In this document: positions 51,117-62,917 of the stretch, in pieces
How positions within the stretch are numbered: position 1 is the stretch's first letter
Layout: every line of letters begins with the position of its first letter
From: Neoechinorhynchus agilis
Lineage: Eukaryota; Animalia; Acanthocephala
DNA length: 64,000 nt
Assembly (NCBI GenBank): GCA_051530055.1
Contig: CM121342.1
Coordinates: forward strand, 15,763,480 to 15,827,479
Reading direction: 5' to 3'
Position numbers and translations under genes: made by a program
Notes under the pieces: model-generated
Told to the model about the DNA's origin: nothing
The model's input: the letters and a program-made list of their open reading frames with translations, nothing else
Database searches by the model: none

Positions 51117-51746
51117 ATGGGTGCCCGTCAAAATGCGCAGAAGGAACCAACCGAAAAGTTGATGAAGATGCTTAGTCAATCAACGAAATGCAGCGAAAAA
51201 AACGTTTGGGAAAGCTATCACCGATTTAAAACTTATGCTCCAAGTGGGATTATGGACAAGGAAACCTTCATCCACAGATTTCAAACAAAGTACCCACACG
51301 CAAATGTAAAACACATAGCCGATGTCGTTTTTCGATATTTCGATACTGACAATTCCGGTGGAATCTCATTTGTGGAATATTTCCTACCAAATGCATTTAG
51401 AGCAGCGGATGTTTATTTAGAATGGATCAAGGAAAAATAGACTGCCCGCTGACTTATATATCAAGCAAATCCAGTGGAAAGGGCAAAAATTCTGTTCGAC
51501 ATATTTGATGCCGATGATAACAATGTCGTGACCGAAAAGGAACTAAGGAAAGCAATCACAGGATTAGTCGAATTGAGGGGTAATCATAACATGTCCGATG
51601 CAGATGTGTCAAGAATTGCAGCTCGGTTTACCAGCGAAATGGATTGTGACGGAAATCGCGAAATATCAAAAGACGAGTTTGTTTATGCCCTCAGTACAAA
51701 TCAGAACCTGAGGAAGTTCCTTGAGTTCAATTATGGGAATGCTTGA
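51117..51746 (+). CDS. Neuronal calcium sensor-like EF-hand protein
   Basis: MG N-terminus (myristoylation), YHRF...APSG, DTDNSGGISFVE, DADDNNVVTEKE, DCDGNREISKDE. Confidence 0.85.
51400..51456 (+). other. Non-canonical stem-loop intron in the EF-hand gene (57 nt)
   Basis: In-frame TAG and TGA; TA repeated at both ends; CAGCGG/CCGCTG stem; removal gives the 20-residue EF2-EF3 spacing of NCS proteins. Confidence 0.68.
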
Positions 51747-52113
51747 GAGACATATTCTTATAATTTCAAGTTTTAACAAAACAAATCGATTTTTAATGGG
51801 TAGCCTGGAAGTGCCAAGCCACACATTGCGGTTAAAGTTTGACATTTTAATTTTATAGTTAAAATTTGTAATTCTTTGGACAACTTTAACAGATTCAAGT
51901 GGGAGTCTCAAGCTTTCCGAAATGCTCATCAAAACATGAATAACCATTTACTGTTTGTCCGCTTTGTTAAGGATCGCTCTTAAAAAGCACAAGGATACAT
52001 TTTCATCCGTTTGTCTAAAAAAATTGGATTGAAAGACAATGCCATATTGGTTTTAAGAAAAAATAACTTATTTTTGTCCTTGTTTCTAAGCACGGACATT
52101 GCGATAGAAAAAT

Positions 52114-52434
52114 TCATGATTTAATATATTGTTCAACGGCGGCGACAAGATTGAACGAGTGACAAGCAAGAAGTTTTTGAGCTTGTTTTCTACTGAGGTC
52201 CAGTTCTTTAATTACAAACTCAATGTCTTTTTCTCTTGCACGTCCTACTTTTCTCTCTTTAAGGGATTTTAGCGCTCCCAGTGCACTTTGAACGCCTTCA
52301 CCCGTCAAAGTTTCATCTTCCTTCAATTCAGTGGTGGACATTTTGTTCATTTGACTATCAGCTGCTTGCTCGAATTTACTGCGTTTCTCATCCTTAGATG
52401 AGTCATCTTGATTCTTTGGATCAGTGGCCGTCAT
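52114..52434 (-). CDS. HYPK: Huntingtin-interacting protein K homolog, intronless
   Basis: C-terminal UBA-like KDIEFVIKELDLSRKQAQKLL...FNLVAAV; typical size. Confidence 0.7.
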   Translation of the reverse strand: MTATDPKNQDDSSKDEKRSKFEQAADSQMNKMSTTELKEDETLTGEGVQSALGALKSLKERKVGRAREKDIEFVIKELDLSRKQAQKLLACHSFNLVAAVEQYIKS

Positions 52435-53099
52435 CTATTGAGAAGATTAAAATGAGTTTCAAATGTGAATTTTCGTGCATTACACTTAAAAGTTGAACAT
52501 CCGTACAAAAAGGAAAAACAAGCTACAAATTTGAATTGTTATGATGATAATCCTGGATGACTTCCTCTTTCGAAATATTTCAATTTAATAAAATATTTTT
52601 TTCCACGATTGTCATCACTACAATTCAAACTCTATCATCCCGAAGGATTTTCTCTCGGTAATTAACAAGCTAAAAATGTCAATAGTTTAATGCAGCTACA
52701 TTTTTACCAAAAAAGCATCGATTTAAAAGATAGCCGCAGAAAATGCGTTAAATGTGCGGCCTCTATACATCGGCTCCAGGGACCTATTTTCTAATTCAAC
52801 GAGCAATATAAGATTGAATTTGTTGCCGAATGTAGCCTACGTCGTACATTTGTATTTAAATTTTTTAAACTTTTCCCGCTGCAAATACTACTGTGCGCGG
52901 CACACAGTTCGAGAAACACTGCTCTTACAACATGCGAAAAGGTTTTTCTCTGCGTTGTTAAGGCTATAAGAAATTGACGATTGATAAAATGCTTAGTCTT
53001 TATAGGATCGAAATAACCAACTAATTGCAACAGAACGAGCTTATAAGCATCAACGCCACCGTTCTCGATCACTCAGTCGATCCTATAAAGACAAAGTAT

Positions 53100-54180
53100 T
53101 TTATTCTTTTTTTTTGTATTTTAAAGTTTCTTTTTAAAGGACAATTTTAGATTAAATCGTCCCCCGGACGCTGACCGCATTTCCTCGTTGGATTGCGAGG
53201 CTTATTCTTTGTATCAGGAAAATCCTCTCGCGTCGCTCCCCTGTTTGTGCTGCAAGTCGTCTTCCGAGTTCGGCACAAAAGCTTCGTGCCGAAGATCCCA
53301 GCGCCCCTTGTGTCTCCACGCCGAAAGGAAGGAAACGTAATTTTGTTTGACCTCATTGTATTTCTCCGCTTTCCTCTTTTCGGCGGCACTCGCTGCTCCT
53401 CCCGTCTCCGCTAAAGCATCTTGCCGGTTGGACAGGGCGAGTGAGTCCACGCATGTTGCGTCCCAAATTAGACTCTTTCCTTCTTTCCAAGGGAAAATGG
53501 TTATACCGCCGGGACGCTTACCATCCGAGCGACAGAGGTGATTGGGCTCCAGGATGGTTGGAACGTGGATCGAGTTCAGAGCTCTGCTAATGATCTTGTT
53601 GAGCTCTGCGTGCCTTGGGAAACGACCGCTCGATCTCTTGCAGTAGAGCCCATGTCTCCCGAGCACGTCAACTTTTATTCCACATCGGCACTGGTGTGGG
53701 GCACAGGTTGGAAGTCCTAAACGTAGAGCGACGACTATTCGAACTGTCTCGTCGTCCAGCAAAGTTCCCAAAGTACCAATTGGCAAAACGTTCAACCATG
53801 CGCCTGACTCCTTCGAAGAACTGGCCACAAGTCTAGCTTGAGACATCTCGTCCATCTGGCCTTTTAGTTTGTTGTGAGCCGTCACGATTAAGGGTTTATC
53901 CCAAGCAGATTGTTCGTACGCGTTGGTTGGAGCTTGTTGCAGACCGGTCTGCGAGAGCCATGATGTGACTCCCTGTTTCAATAGTTTGCATGGCTTCGGC
54001 ATTCTGTTTAAGAGAATTTCCCCCTGTAATTCCTCCGTCTTGTGCATCGAGGATACGAATGCCGGAAGGGCCAAACCAGCCACACTTCGTAAGCCTAAAC
54101 CTCCGTATTTGATCGGAAGGGCAGCTTGTTGCCAAGCTTCATCAGTGATGGCGCAGTACCAATGGTCAATTTCTTATAGT
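53100..54180 (-). mobile_element. CRE-like non-LTR retrotransposon 3' remnant (CCHC knuckle + restriction-like endonuclease)
   Basis: SGAWLNVLP, CRCG..VD..G.HGL.C, RH, KRPGG..PW..GK.LIWD.TC, AEKRK..KY; frameshift after NYVSF. Confidence 0.8.
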
Positions 54181-56670
54181 CTTAGCAACGCAGAAAAAAA
54201 CTATTTCGAGTGTCGTTAGAGCAGTGTTTCTTTAACTGTGTGCCGCGACGCAGTAGTATTCGCAGATGCAGTGCGGAAAATTTTAAGAACATTTGAATTC
54301 TACACACGTTTTCAGAATGTTTCTTATCAATGAAGAAATACGTTAGCAAGAATGAAGCTGTGAAGCCGTTAAATGGAAAGCAATGAACCGAAAGAAGGTA
54401 CAAAGAAGATAACATCGGACGAACATATTACGAAATGGCTATGTTTTAATCCGTAAAGTCATTGTTCATTATCCGGGTGAATTGTTCAGTTTAAGGATGC
54501 GAACAAAAACGTTGTTAGAGGCTCCCAAATACTTAACGAATATGTTTCAAATTCGCGAATACGGCCTCACAAACGAGCCTACAGAAAATGAAACAGAATG
54601 AAAAACGTCGTGCTTGAAGATCATATCAAGAAAGCAATGAGAATCATAGTTTTGCTTCACAAAGAAAATGATCAAAATCGGTTCTTAGCCAGATTGTGAT
54701 TCCAGGTTTGACCTTGGATGTGAAATCGAAATTTCAAGGCACTCCGGGCGACATGAATAACAAGGAAATCCCGCTTAGAATTCCTTCATCTGGTAGTCAC
54801 AAGAGTACCGCAAGCTTCTCTGCTAGCCACAGAGCTTTCAATAACGTCTCTGTACTATTCATTGCCATTCGAGGGGCTCCGCGAGAGGGAGCCCCTCATG
54901 TATGTCCAGGTTTTGAACCCCGTCCAACACATAAACTATGCTTACGTCATAAGACTCAGCATTTTTATCAAATTTCGAAATTTTTCTTCGTTCATTTGTC
55001 AAAAACTTTTACCAACTTTGCTTACGTCAAATAGCCGACACCTTTAGCTTCTCTGCGAGCCTCAAAGAGTAACACACCTTCTCGTTGCCAGCTTGGTTAT
55101 ATGTCTAGAAACAACCAAGTTTTTGCATGAAGGATCTAAAGGAGTATCAAGTCTCAAATTCCATAAACGAATCCACTAAATCAAGGTTGTCGATGCTAAT
55201 GATCACCAAAATATGGACTCACTCGATAGTATTGATAACGATAGGGAGAAATCGATGAGATTTACAACCACTAAATCGTTGTTTGTCAAAGGAGTATGAA
55301 TTTCAACTACCGATGTCGTCGTCTTCACCTTAATAATGAAAATTCAATTTCGAGATTATTATTAATAAGTTCCCAGTTTGTAGCATGAAGTTAAGAGTTT
55401 ATTAGACAATGTCCTTGAAGGGATTTAATTATTACCTATAACCATCGTCGGTAACATACAGCTCCACACGGGTAACTGCTGCCCGGCCGATTCCCCACAG
55501 CAATCGGTAGATTATCACCGACTTTTTGGAAAGAGCACAGAAAGATGCAGAAAATAAGTATTTTGTTGCTTCTTGCAGTGACAGACAAGGGACAGTTCCA
55601 GGGTTAGGCCTGCAGTGTCTGTTTCATGACTAAGCATATCCTTCAGATGTTGCGGGACCATGGTCGGAATCATTTACGAAGGATTTAATAGTGCGTCTTA
55701 CTTCATTCTGATATAATAATAATACGTTTATTTTGTCTGTTTGATAACAAGTATTAGGCCCACTTAATTTTGAGTCCTCATTGTGGCATTGTTTTTATGG
55801 CGATAAACAATATTGTTTTGAAACTATAGAATGCGGATTCGGTGAGGTCAGGGGACAACGGAAGTCATCGAATGAAATATTTTGTATAGTAGGCACTGTG
55901 GTAGATAGACGCCAAACGATCTTGAATGCTCCCAATGTGGAGACGTCGTTGTCAGAGAAAGACTCCGTTGAACAACAGATCCTAAGGCACTGATTAATGG
56001 CACCTTTTGGGAATCCTTTTCAGTATCGTATGAGAGTGATCAAAGCAAACTTTCGATCGAGGATTCAAGTGTGGACGAATCAGATAGGGCTGGTGTCCTT
56101 ATTAGACATTTAATGGTCATTTCGATGTTAGCATTGCTTCGGCTATTGGGTAGCGCTATCCTGGCTCTGATCATTCACTTTGGCACATCATTTTATATGT
56201 TCTCCTTGGTCGAGAGCCGCTTTTGTCAAATTTCTGTGCGCATACTTTTGCCGCTTTATTTCGCTTAGACCGTTCACCAATAATCACATGCGAACGACAC
56301 AAGGAAAAGCGCTCAGGATTGTGACAGTGTGATAGCCGATTCACCGTGCCCATTTTGAATACCGACCGAAGATGCGCTCAATGAATACCGCCTCACAATT
56401 GCAATTAAATCCGCGAACCAGTTCGCAAGCCGGAATCTGTCTAGGAACCAGATCTATTATTAGAAGAATTCGTACAAAGTGTGCCTCTTGCATCAAACTT
56501 TGGATTGTCGGTAGTTCGAAACAAATTCCGCGAACCAATATTGGAGTCAAAATCTGTTTAAGAAGTGGATGAATGTTGCTTAATAGTTTATATGCAATTA
56601 AAGAGGCTCGAAAATATGTTCGAGCTTCCAAGAGAAAGGGGTGCTGAAAATTATACAATAAATGCTATTT

Positions 56671-59600
56671 ATAACCTATGTGGCTATGCACAACTTCGAC
56701 GTTCTAATTAAACTGTTCGGCCTCTTCAATACCGAAATCTATAATTTCGAGTTACACAGTATACAAATGTTCTCTTTATCATCGCATGAATCGGGATAAA
56801 ATAAATACAACTTAGTTGGTCGACAATGAGTGACTCGACAAATAGTACGGCGTTCGAGGATTTTTGGTTTTCATTTACTCGTGCAGTTCGTACAAAAATT
56901 AAAACGTAAAAAATTCATTAAGAGTTGACCGGCTGATTGTTTTCCTTGGTAACATAGCTCACCGGTATGGCACGGGAAGCGCATAAAATCACTTAATGCC
57001 ATAACCTATGTAGCTGTGCACAACTTCGACGTTCTAATTAAACTGTTCGGCCTCTTCAATATCGAAATCTATAATTTCGAGTTACACAGTATACAAATGT
57101 TCTCTTTATCAATGCACGAATCGGGATAAAATAAATACAACTTAGTTGGTCGACAATATGTGACTCGACAAATCATATGGCGTTCGAGGATTTTTGGTTT
57201 TCATTTACTTGTGCAGTTCATACAAAAATTAAAACATAAAAAATTCCTTAAAAGTTGACCGGCTGATTGTTTTCCTTGGTAACATAGCTCACCGGTATGG
57301 GCACGGGAAGCGCATAAAATCACTTAATGCCATAACCTATGTGGCTATGCACAACTTCGACGTTCTAATTAAACTGTTCGGCCTCTTCAATACCGAAATC
57401 TATAATTTCGAGTTACACAGTATACAAATGTTCTCTTTATCATCGCATGAATCGGGATAAAATAAATACAACTTAGTTGGTCGACAATAAGTGACTCGAC
57501 AAATCATATGGCGTTCGAGGATTTGTTTTCATTTACTCGTGCAGTTCGTACAAAAATTAAAACATAAAAAATTCATTAAAAGTTGACCGGCTGATTGTTT
57601 TCCTTGGTAACATAGCTCACCGGTATGGGCACGGGAAGCGCATAAAATCACTTAATGCCATAACCTATGTGGCTATGCACAACTTCGACGTTCTAATTAA
57701 ACTGTTCGGCCTCTTCAATACCGAAATCTATAATTTCGAGTTACACACTATACAAATGTTCTCTTTATCATCGCATGAATCGGGATAAAATAAATACAAC
57801 TTAGTTGGTCGACAATGAGTGACTCGACAAATCATATGGCGTTCGAGGATTTTTTTCATTTACTCGTGCAGTTCGTACAAAAATTAAAACATAAAAAATT
57901 CATTAAGAGTTGACCGGCTGATTGTTTTCCTTGGTAACATAGCTCACCGGTATGGGCACGGGAAGCGCATAAAATCACTTAATGCCATAACCTATGTGGC
58001 TATGCACAACTTCGACGTTCTAATTAAACTGTTCGGCCTCTTCAATACCGAAATCTATAATTTCGAGTTACACACTATACAAATGTTCTCTTTATCATCG
58101 CATGAATCGGGATAAAATAAATACAACTTAGTTGGTCGACAATGAGTGACTCGACAAATCATATGGCGTTCGAGGATTTTTTTCATTTACTCGTGCAGTT
58201 CGTACAAAAATTAAAACATAAAAAATTCATTAAAAGTTGACCGGCTGATTTTCCTTGGTAACATAGCTCACCGGTATGGGCACGGGAAGCGCATAAAATC
58301 ACTTAATGCCATAACCTATGTGGCTATGCACAACTTCGACGTTCTAATTAAACTGTTCGGCCTCTTCAATACCGAAATCTATAATTTCGAGTTACACAGT
58401 ATACAAATGTTCTCTTTATCATCGCATGAATCGGGATAAAATAAATACAACTTAGTTGGTCGACAATAAGTGACTCGACAAATCATATGGCGTTCGAGGA
58501 TTTTTTTCATTTACTCGTGCAGTTCGTACAAAAATTAAAACATAAAAAATTCATTAAGAGTTGACCGGCTGATTGTTTTCCTTGGTAACATAGCTCACCG
58601 GTATGGGCACGGGAAGCGCATAAAATCACTTAATGCCATAACCTATGTGGCTATGCACAACTTCGACGTTCTAATTAAACTGTTCGGCCTCTTCAATACC
58701 GAAATCTATAATTTCGAGTTACACAGTATACAAATGTTCTCTTTATCATCGCATGAATCGGGATAAAATAAATACAACTTAGTTGGTCGACAATAAGTGA
58801 CTCGACAAATCATATGGCGTTCGAGGATTTGTTTTCATTTACTCGTGCAGTTCGTACAAAAATTAAAACATAAAAAATTCCTTAAAAGTTGACCGGCTGA
58901 TTGTTTTCCTTGGTAACATAGCTCACCGGTATGGGCACGGGAAGCGCATAAAATCACTTAATGCCATAACCTATGTAGCTGTGCACAACTTCGACGTTCT
59001 AATTAAACTGTTCGGCCTCTTCAATACCGAAATCTATAATTTCGAGTTACACAGTATACAAATGTTCTCTTTATCATCGCATGAATCGGGATAAAATAAA
59101 TACAACTTAGTTGGTCGACAATAAGTGACTCGACAAATCATATGGCGTTCGAGGATTTTTTTTCATTTACTCGTGCAGTTCGTACAGAAATTAAAACATA
59201 AAAAATTCATTAAAAGTTGACCGGCTAATTGTTTTCCTTGGTAACATAGCTCACCGGTATGGGCACGGGAAGCGCATAAAATCACTTAATGCCATAACCT
59301 ATGTGGCTATGCACAACTTCGACGTTCTAATTAAACTGTTCGGCCTCTTCAATACCGAAATCTATAATTTCGAGTTACACAGTATACAAATGTTCTCTTT
59401 ATCATCGCATGAATCGGGATAAAATAAATACAACTTAGTTGGTCGACAATGAGTGACTCGACAAATCATATGGCGTTCGAGGATTTTTTTCATTTACTCG
59501 TGCAGTTCGTACAAAAATTAAAACATAAAAAATTCATTAAAAGTTGACCGGCTGATTGTTTTCCTTGGTAACATAGCTCACCGGTATGGCACGGGAAGCG

Positions 59601-59863
59601 CATAAAATCACTTAATGCCATAACCTATGTAGCTGTGCACAACTTCGACGTTCTAATTAAACTGTTCGGCCTCTTCAATATCGAAATCTATAATTTCGAG
59701 TTACACAGTATACAAATGTTCTCTTTATCATCGCATGAATCGGGATAAAATAAATACCACTTAGTTGGTCGACAATGAGTGACTCGACAAATCATATGGC
59801 GTTCGGGGATTTTTGGTTTTTAAGTACGTATGGGCACGGGAAGCACATAAAATCACTTAATGC
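56671..59863. repeat. Satellite array, ~9.6 monomers of 324-331 bp
   Basis: ATAACCTATG recurs at 56671, 57001, 57332, 57660, 57987, 58311, 58638, 58966, 59294 and 59620. Confidence 0.97.
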
Positions 59864-59871
59864 CCTGAAGC

Positions 59872-60110
59872 ATACGGTTAAGAGTTTTGTACATCCCTCT
59901 GGATCCTAGGATACCTCCCGGGGAGACGGGACTTATCAGAGAGTTTCCTCTTCCCTTCAGCGGCATTTCGTCCCCTTTGCTTATGTGTCATCGGAACTAA
60001 TGGATATTGAACCTTTGACTCTGAAAGAGCGATCCGAAGCTCAATCTCACTTGACCACCACGGCACAACTACGAAATCTACAAACTCTACCAGTTTTAAT
60101 TTTGGGCCAA
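59872..60110 (-). mobile_element. Diverged tRNA-SINE with permuted hammerhead (core mutated to CTGATAA)
   Basis: tRNA-like head (GGTGGTCAAGTG, GGTTCAATATCC), then GGGAC-GAAA-TGCC / CTGATAA-GTCCC / GGTA-TC in the same order as copy 2. Confidence 0.75.
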
Positions 60111-61233
60111 TTATTGAGTCTGGCTTGCCTGTTATTTTTTTATTAAGCTTTCCCATAGGAAACAATTAAGCGTTTAAAAAGTATTGTGCACCAGTCACAA
60201 TTCATTTTAGTATACATCATGGCCGAATAATGCAAGTATCATCTAAAGTATACTACAAAAAACTATGAACTTACTTCGACAACGGCCTCAATAGCATGAA
60301 AACTTTGGATTTTTGCACAATTGTAGCATCAGCGATGTCCGAACACTTATGTTAACGATTCGGATAATTAACCTAAATAACTACAAAAAGGTTTTTGCAA
60401 CTTTTTTAGAGCTTCCGTAGTCCATGAGTAAGAATACTCGCGACCATTCTATTTGTTGCTGCTCAAGATAAAAAGTGAAGAAATTGCTAATCGTAAGCTT
60501 TATCATCTCCGTGGTTTGCCCGACTCTTTTGAGGAATTTGCAACGAGCGTATCCCTGCTTTCATAATTGATTGAGCGTTCCACATTTATGCCCGCAGCTT
60601 ATTTCAATCAGCCCTTAACGCGTCGTATTTAAAGCTACTTTTCTTTTGATTAAAAACCTAAGGGAAAGGGTGATGGTGGATAGTTAGGAAAACTATTTGT
60701 TTAAAGTAAAACGCGAGTGTGTGTGCAATGAGGTGCACTATATGGTGGTGTGTAGTTTTGGCGGTGTACGTCAAGTGCCTAATGGAAACAACAGCGGCAT
60801 TCGGTTGAAAAAATTGCTTCTGGGGAGGTCGACGTAGTAAAAGATCTAAAAATGTCAAACAATAGGCAAATTTATGATCGATAAGAACGCTCGCATTCCT
60901 TGATTTGCGAGCTGTGGGTACCAGAAGTTGATCGATTAGCTAGGATACGGAGTGTGGAGCACGGGGGTGAAAGTCTTCAATGTGAGCTCGAGGGAACTGC
61001 TTTGCGCGTGATGGAAAGCAACCACTTGATGAGATGCACTCCCTCTGCTCCCAGAATGTAGATGAGCATTTCTTGGCATCAGATGATGAATTGCGTGTTT
61101 TGGATGTAAAAGCAATTCGAAAAAGATCTAGTAACTTCCCTGTGAATTTTGCCTGAACTTTTTTTATCGAAACCAAGGAAACGGTGTATTCCATTTTAAG
61201 TCCCGTAAAACAAAATTTGATTTTTAGAATAGA

Positions 61234-62060
61234 ATGAGCAGTCATTTGTCAAGGCTTGTGAAGCTCAATGTTTCTGGTCATTTGTTCACAATTTCAAAAA
61301 AAACCGTGGAATCAATCCCAGAAATTCTTAAAAAAGCAATCAAGCTCTTTGACGACGATGAAGAGTATTTTATTGATCGCGATCCGGACATGTTCAAACT
61401 AGTACTGGATTTAATTCGCAACTCTAGAGATGGGGTGCCGTTTAAAGTGCCGGACGACCGGGACATGTTGGAGCGACTGACGAACGAAGCAAAGTTCTTT
61501 GGTGTAGAGGACCTACTTATTTGTGCTAACAGTAGAAATCTAACAAGTAATGTTTGTGTAGAATTTCGTCCGAACGACGGTCTACTTCTAAGGGTTCATG
61601 GACCTTTAATTTTAGCTAAATTTTTGTCTCGGCGTGGATTTGATTCGAACAAAAGCGGTAGCCTGAATGCGCGATCGCTGTTCGACCTGCTCCGGTGCAC
61701 GTTCTTTTACTCATTGAAGAATATTCAGTGTCGATGGCGGAGGGTAAACACATTAGAGAACTGAAATCCTTCTTGAATCCACAGGACTCACTGCGATGTG
61801 CGTATAAGGATCAGGCAGCGGTCATCTTGCATCCTGATCAACTTCCAGGAAGTCCTGCAGGACATATAAGTAAACACTATCCTGAAATCAGAAGAGGATA
61901 TTATGCACATCGGTATATTCTCATCGAATCCGCTGATTCATACGATCTACTTTTATCTGTTCTTATCAATCAAGGGGCCAAACTCACGGCAACACAGTGC
62001 CATCAAAGTCACACGGTGCAGCATTTTACCATTACGATTCAAAATCTTTTAAAGGTTTAA
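61234..62060 (+). CDS. KCTD-like BTB/POZ (T1) protein; probable canonical intron 61658-61719
   Basis: LVKLNVSGHLFT, EYFIDRDPDMFKLVLD, EAKFFGV; H1-like C-terminal domain after the frame change. Confidence 0.8.
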
Positions 62061-62917
62061 CACTTATTAGAGCTTTTGGGGAATAAAAACCTATATAGAC
62101 CGTTCTTTATATAATAAACTGTATTTTATTCCGCAAAGAGATTTGACCATCGCATGACTAAAACGAACGAAGTATATAAACCCCGAAAGTTCCATCAAAA
62201 CTAGTAATCATAGAGCCGCAATTGAATAATGAAATTGTATTTATAACCGTATCAGCGAACAGAGTTCTAGAGAAATGATGATGCATGTAATTTTGTAGAT
62301 TTATTGTAGTTAAAACCAAATTGCATCAATGAACTTTCAAAAAATATAGCAAATATGCATAGCTTGTATTTCTATTGATTGGAAATAGGAATCGATGAGA
62401 AATACTCGCTATACCAAAAACGTAAGCAAATATTAGGAAATGAATTTCTGTCTAGTGATGAAATATCGGCTCAGTTTTAAAGGAACAATCAAACTTATAC
62501 ACCAGAATCACTGAAACCACATCAGATAGAGATTTTAAAACTACTAAACTACTCTTATAAACTCACTTTCTACTCTTTTCCCGGCAATAATTTCAGAATA
62601 CTATTAAATCTCATTCAGACATCCATATCCTTCTTTCGTGTTGTTTCCTATTTCAGAATACTATTAAATCTCATTCAGACATCCATATCCTTCTTTCGTG
62701 TTGTTTCCTAAGACAAAATCGAACGTTATTCTTTCAGCTTCACGGAATCGTTTCGATTAAAAAAATTGGCTAAACATTAATATTGATATCTGCTTTTTAA
62801 ATTGATTCCCCTGTGATTCTGGGAAATAAATCGAAGAGCTTCGATTTAAGTATGAGAAACTGGAAACTGAATGTCGATATCCTTGATTTTTAATTTAATA
62901 TTTCAATATCATAGAAA

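Noticed and set aside
44141-51456. Alternative genetic code, stop read-through or ribosomal hopping to explain the in-frame interruptions
   Set aside because: TAA, TAG and TGA all occur in the inserts and all serve as normal stops elsewhere; read-through would insert 17-58 residues in conserved motifs; take-off/landing codons match only loosely in two of four cases.
57300-57312. 9-mer ACGGGAAGC shared by both satellites
   Set aside because: About one 9-mer match is expected by chance between monomers of these sizes.
29699-59863. Either tandem array as a CRISPR, SL RNA, 5S or snRNA cluster
   Set aside because: No unique spacers; no recognisable 5S/snRNA sequence; only generic ATTTTTG stretches without a convincing donor-plus-stem SL structure.
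61644-61719. KCTD frame change with a small hairpin (TCGAAC/GTTCGA) as another non-canonical intron
   Set aside because: A canonical 62 nt GT-AG intron (61658-61719) with a pyrimidine tract restores the frame, and no exonic TA precedes the stem.
62591-62710. Exact 60 bp tandem duplication
   Set aside because: No structure or coding link; may be an assembly artefact.
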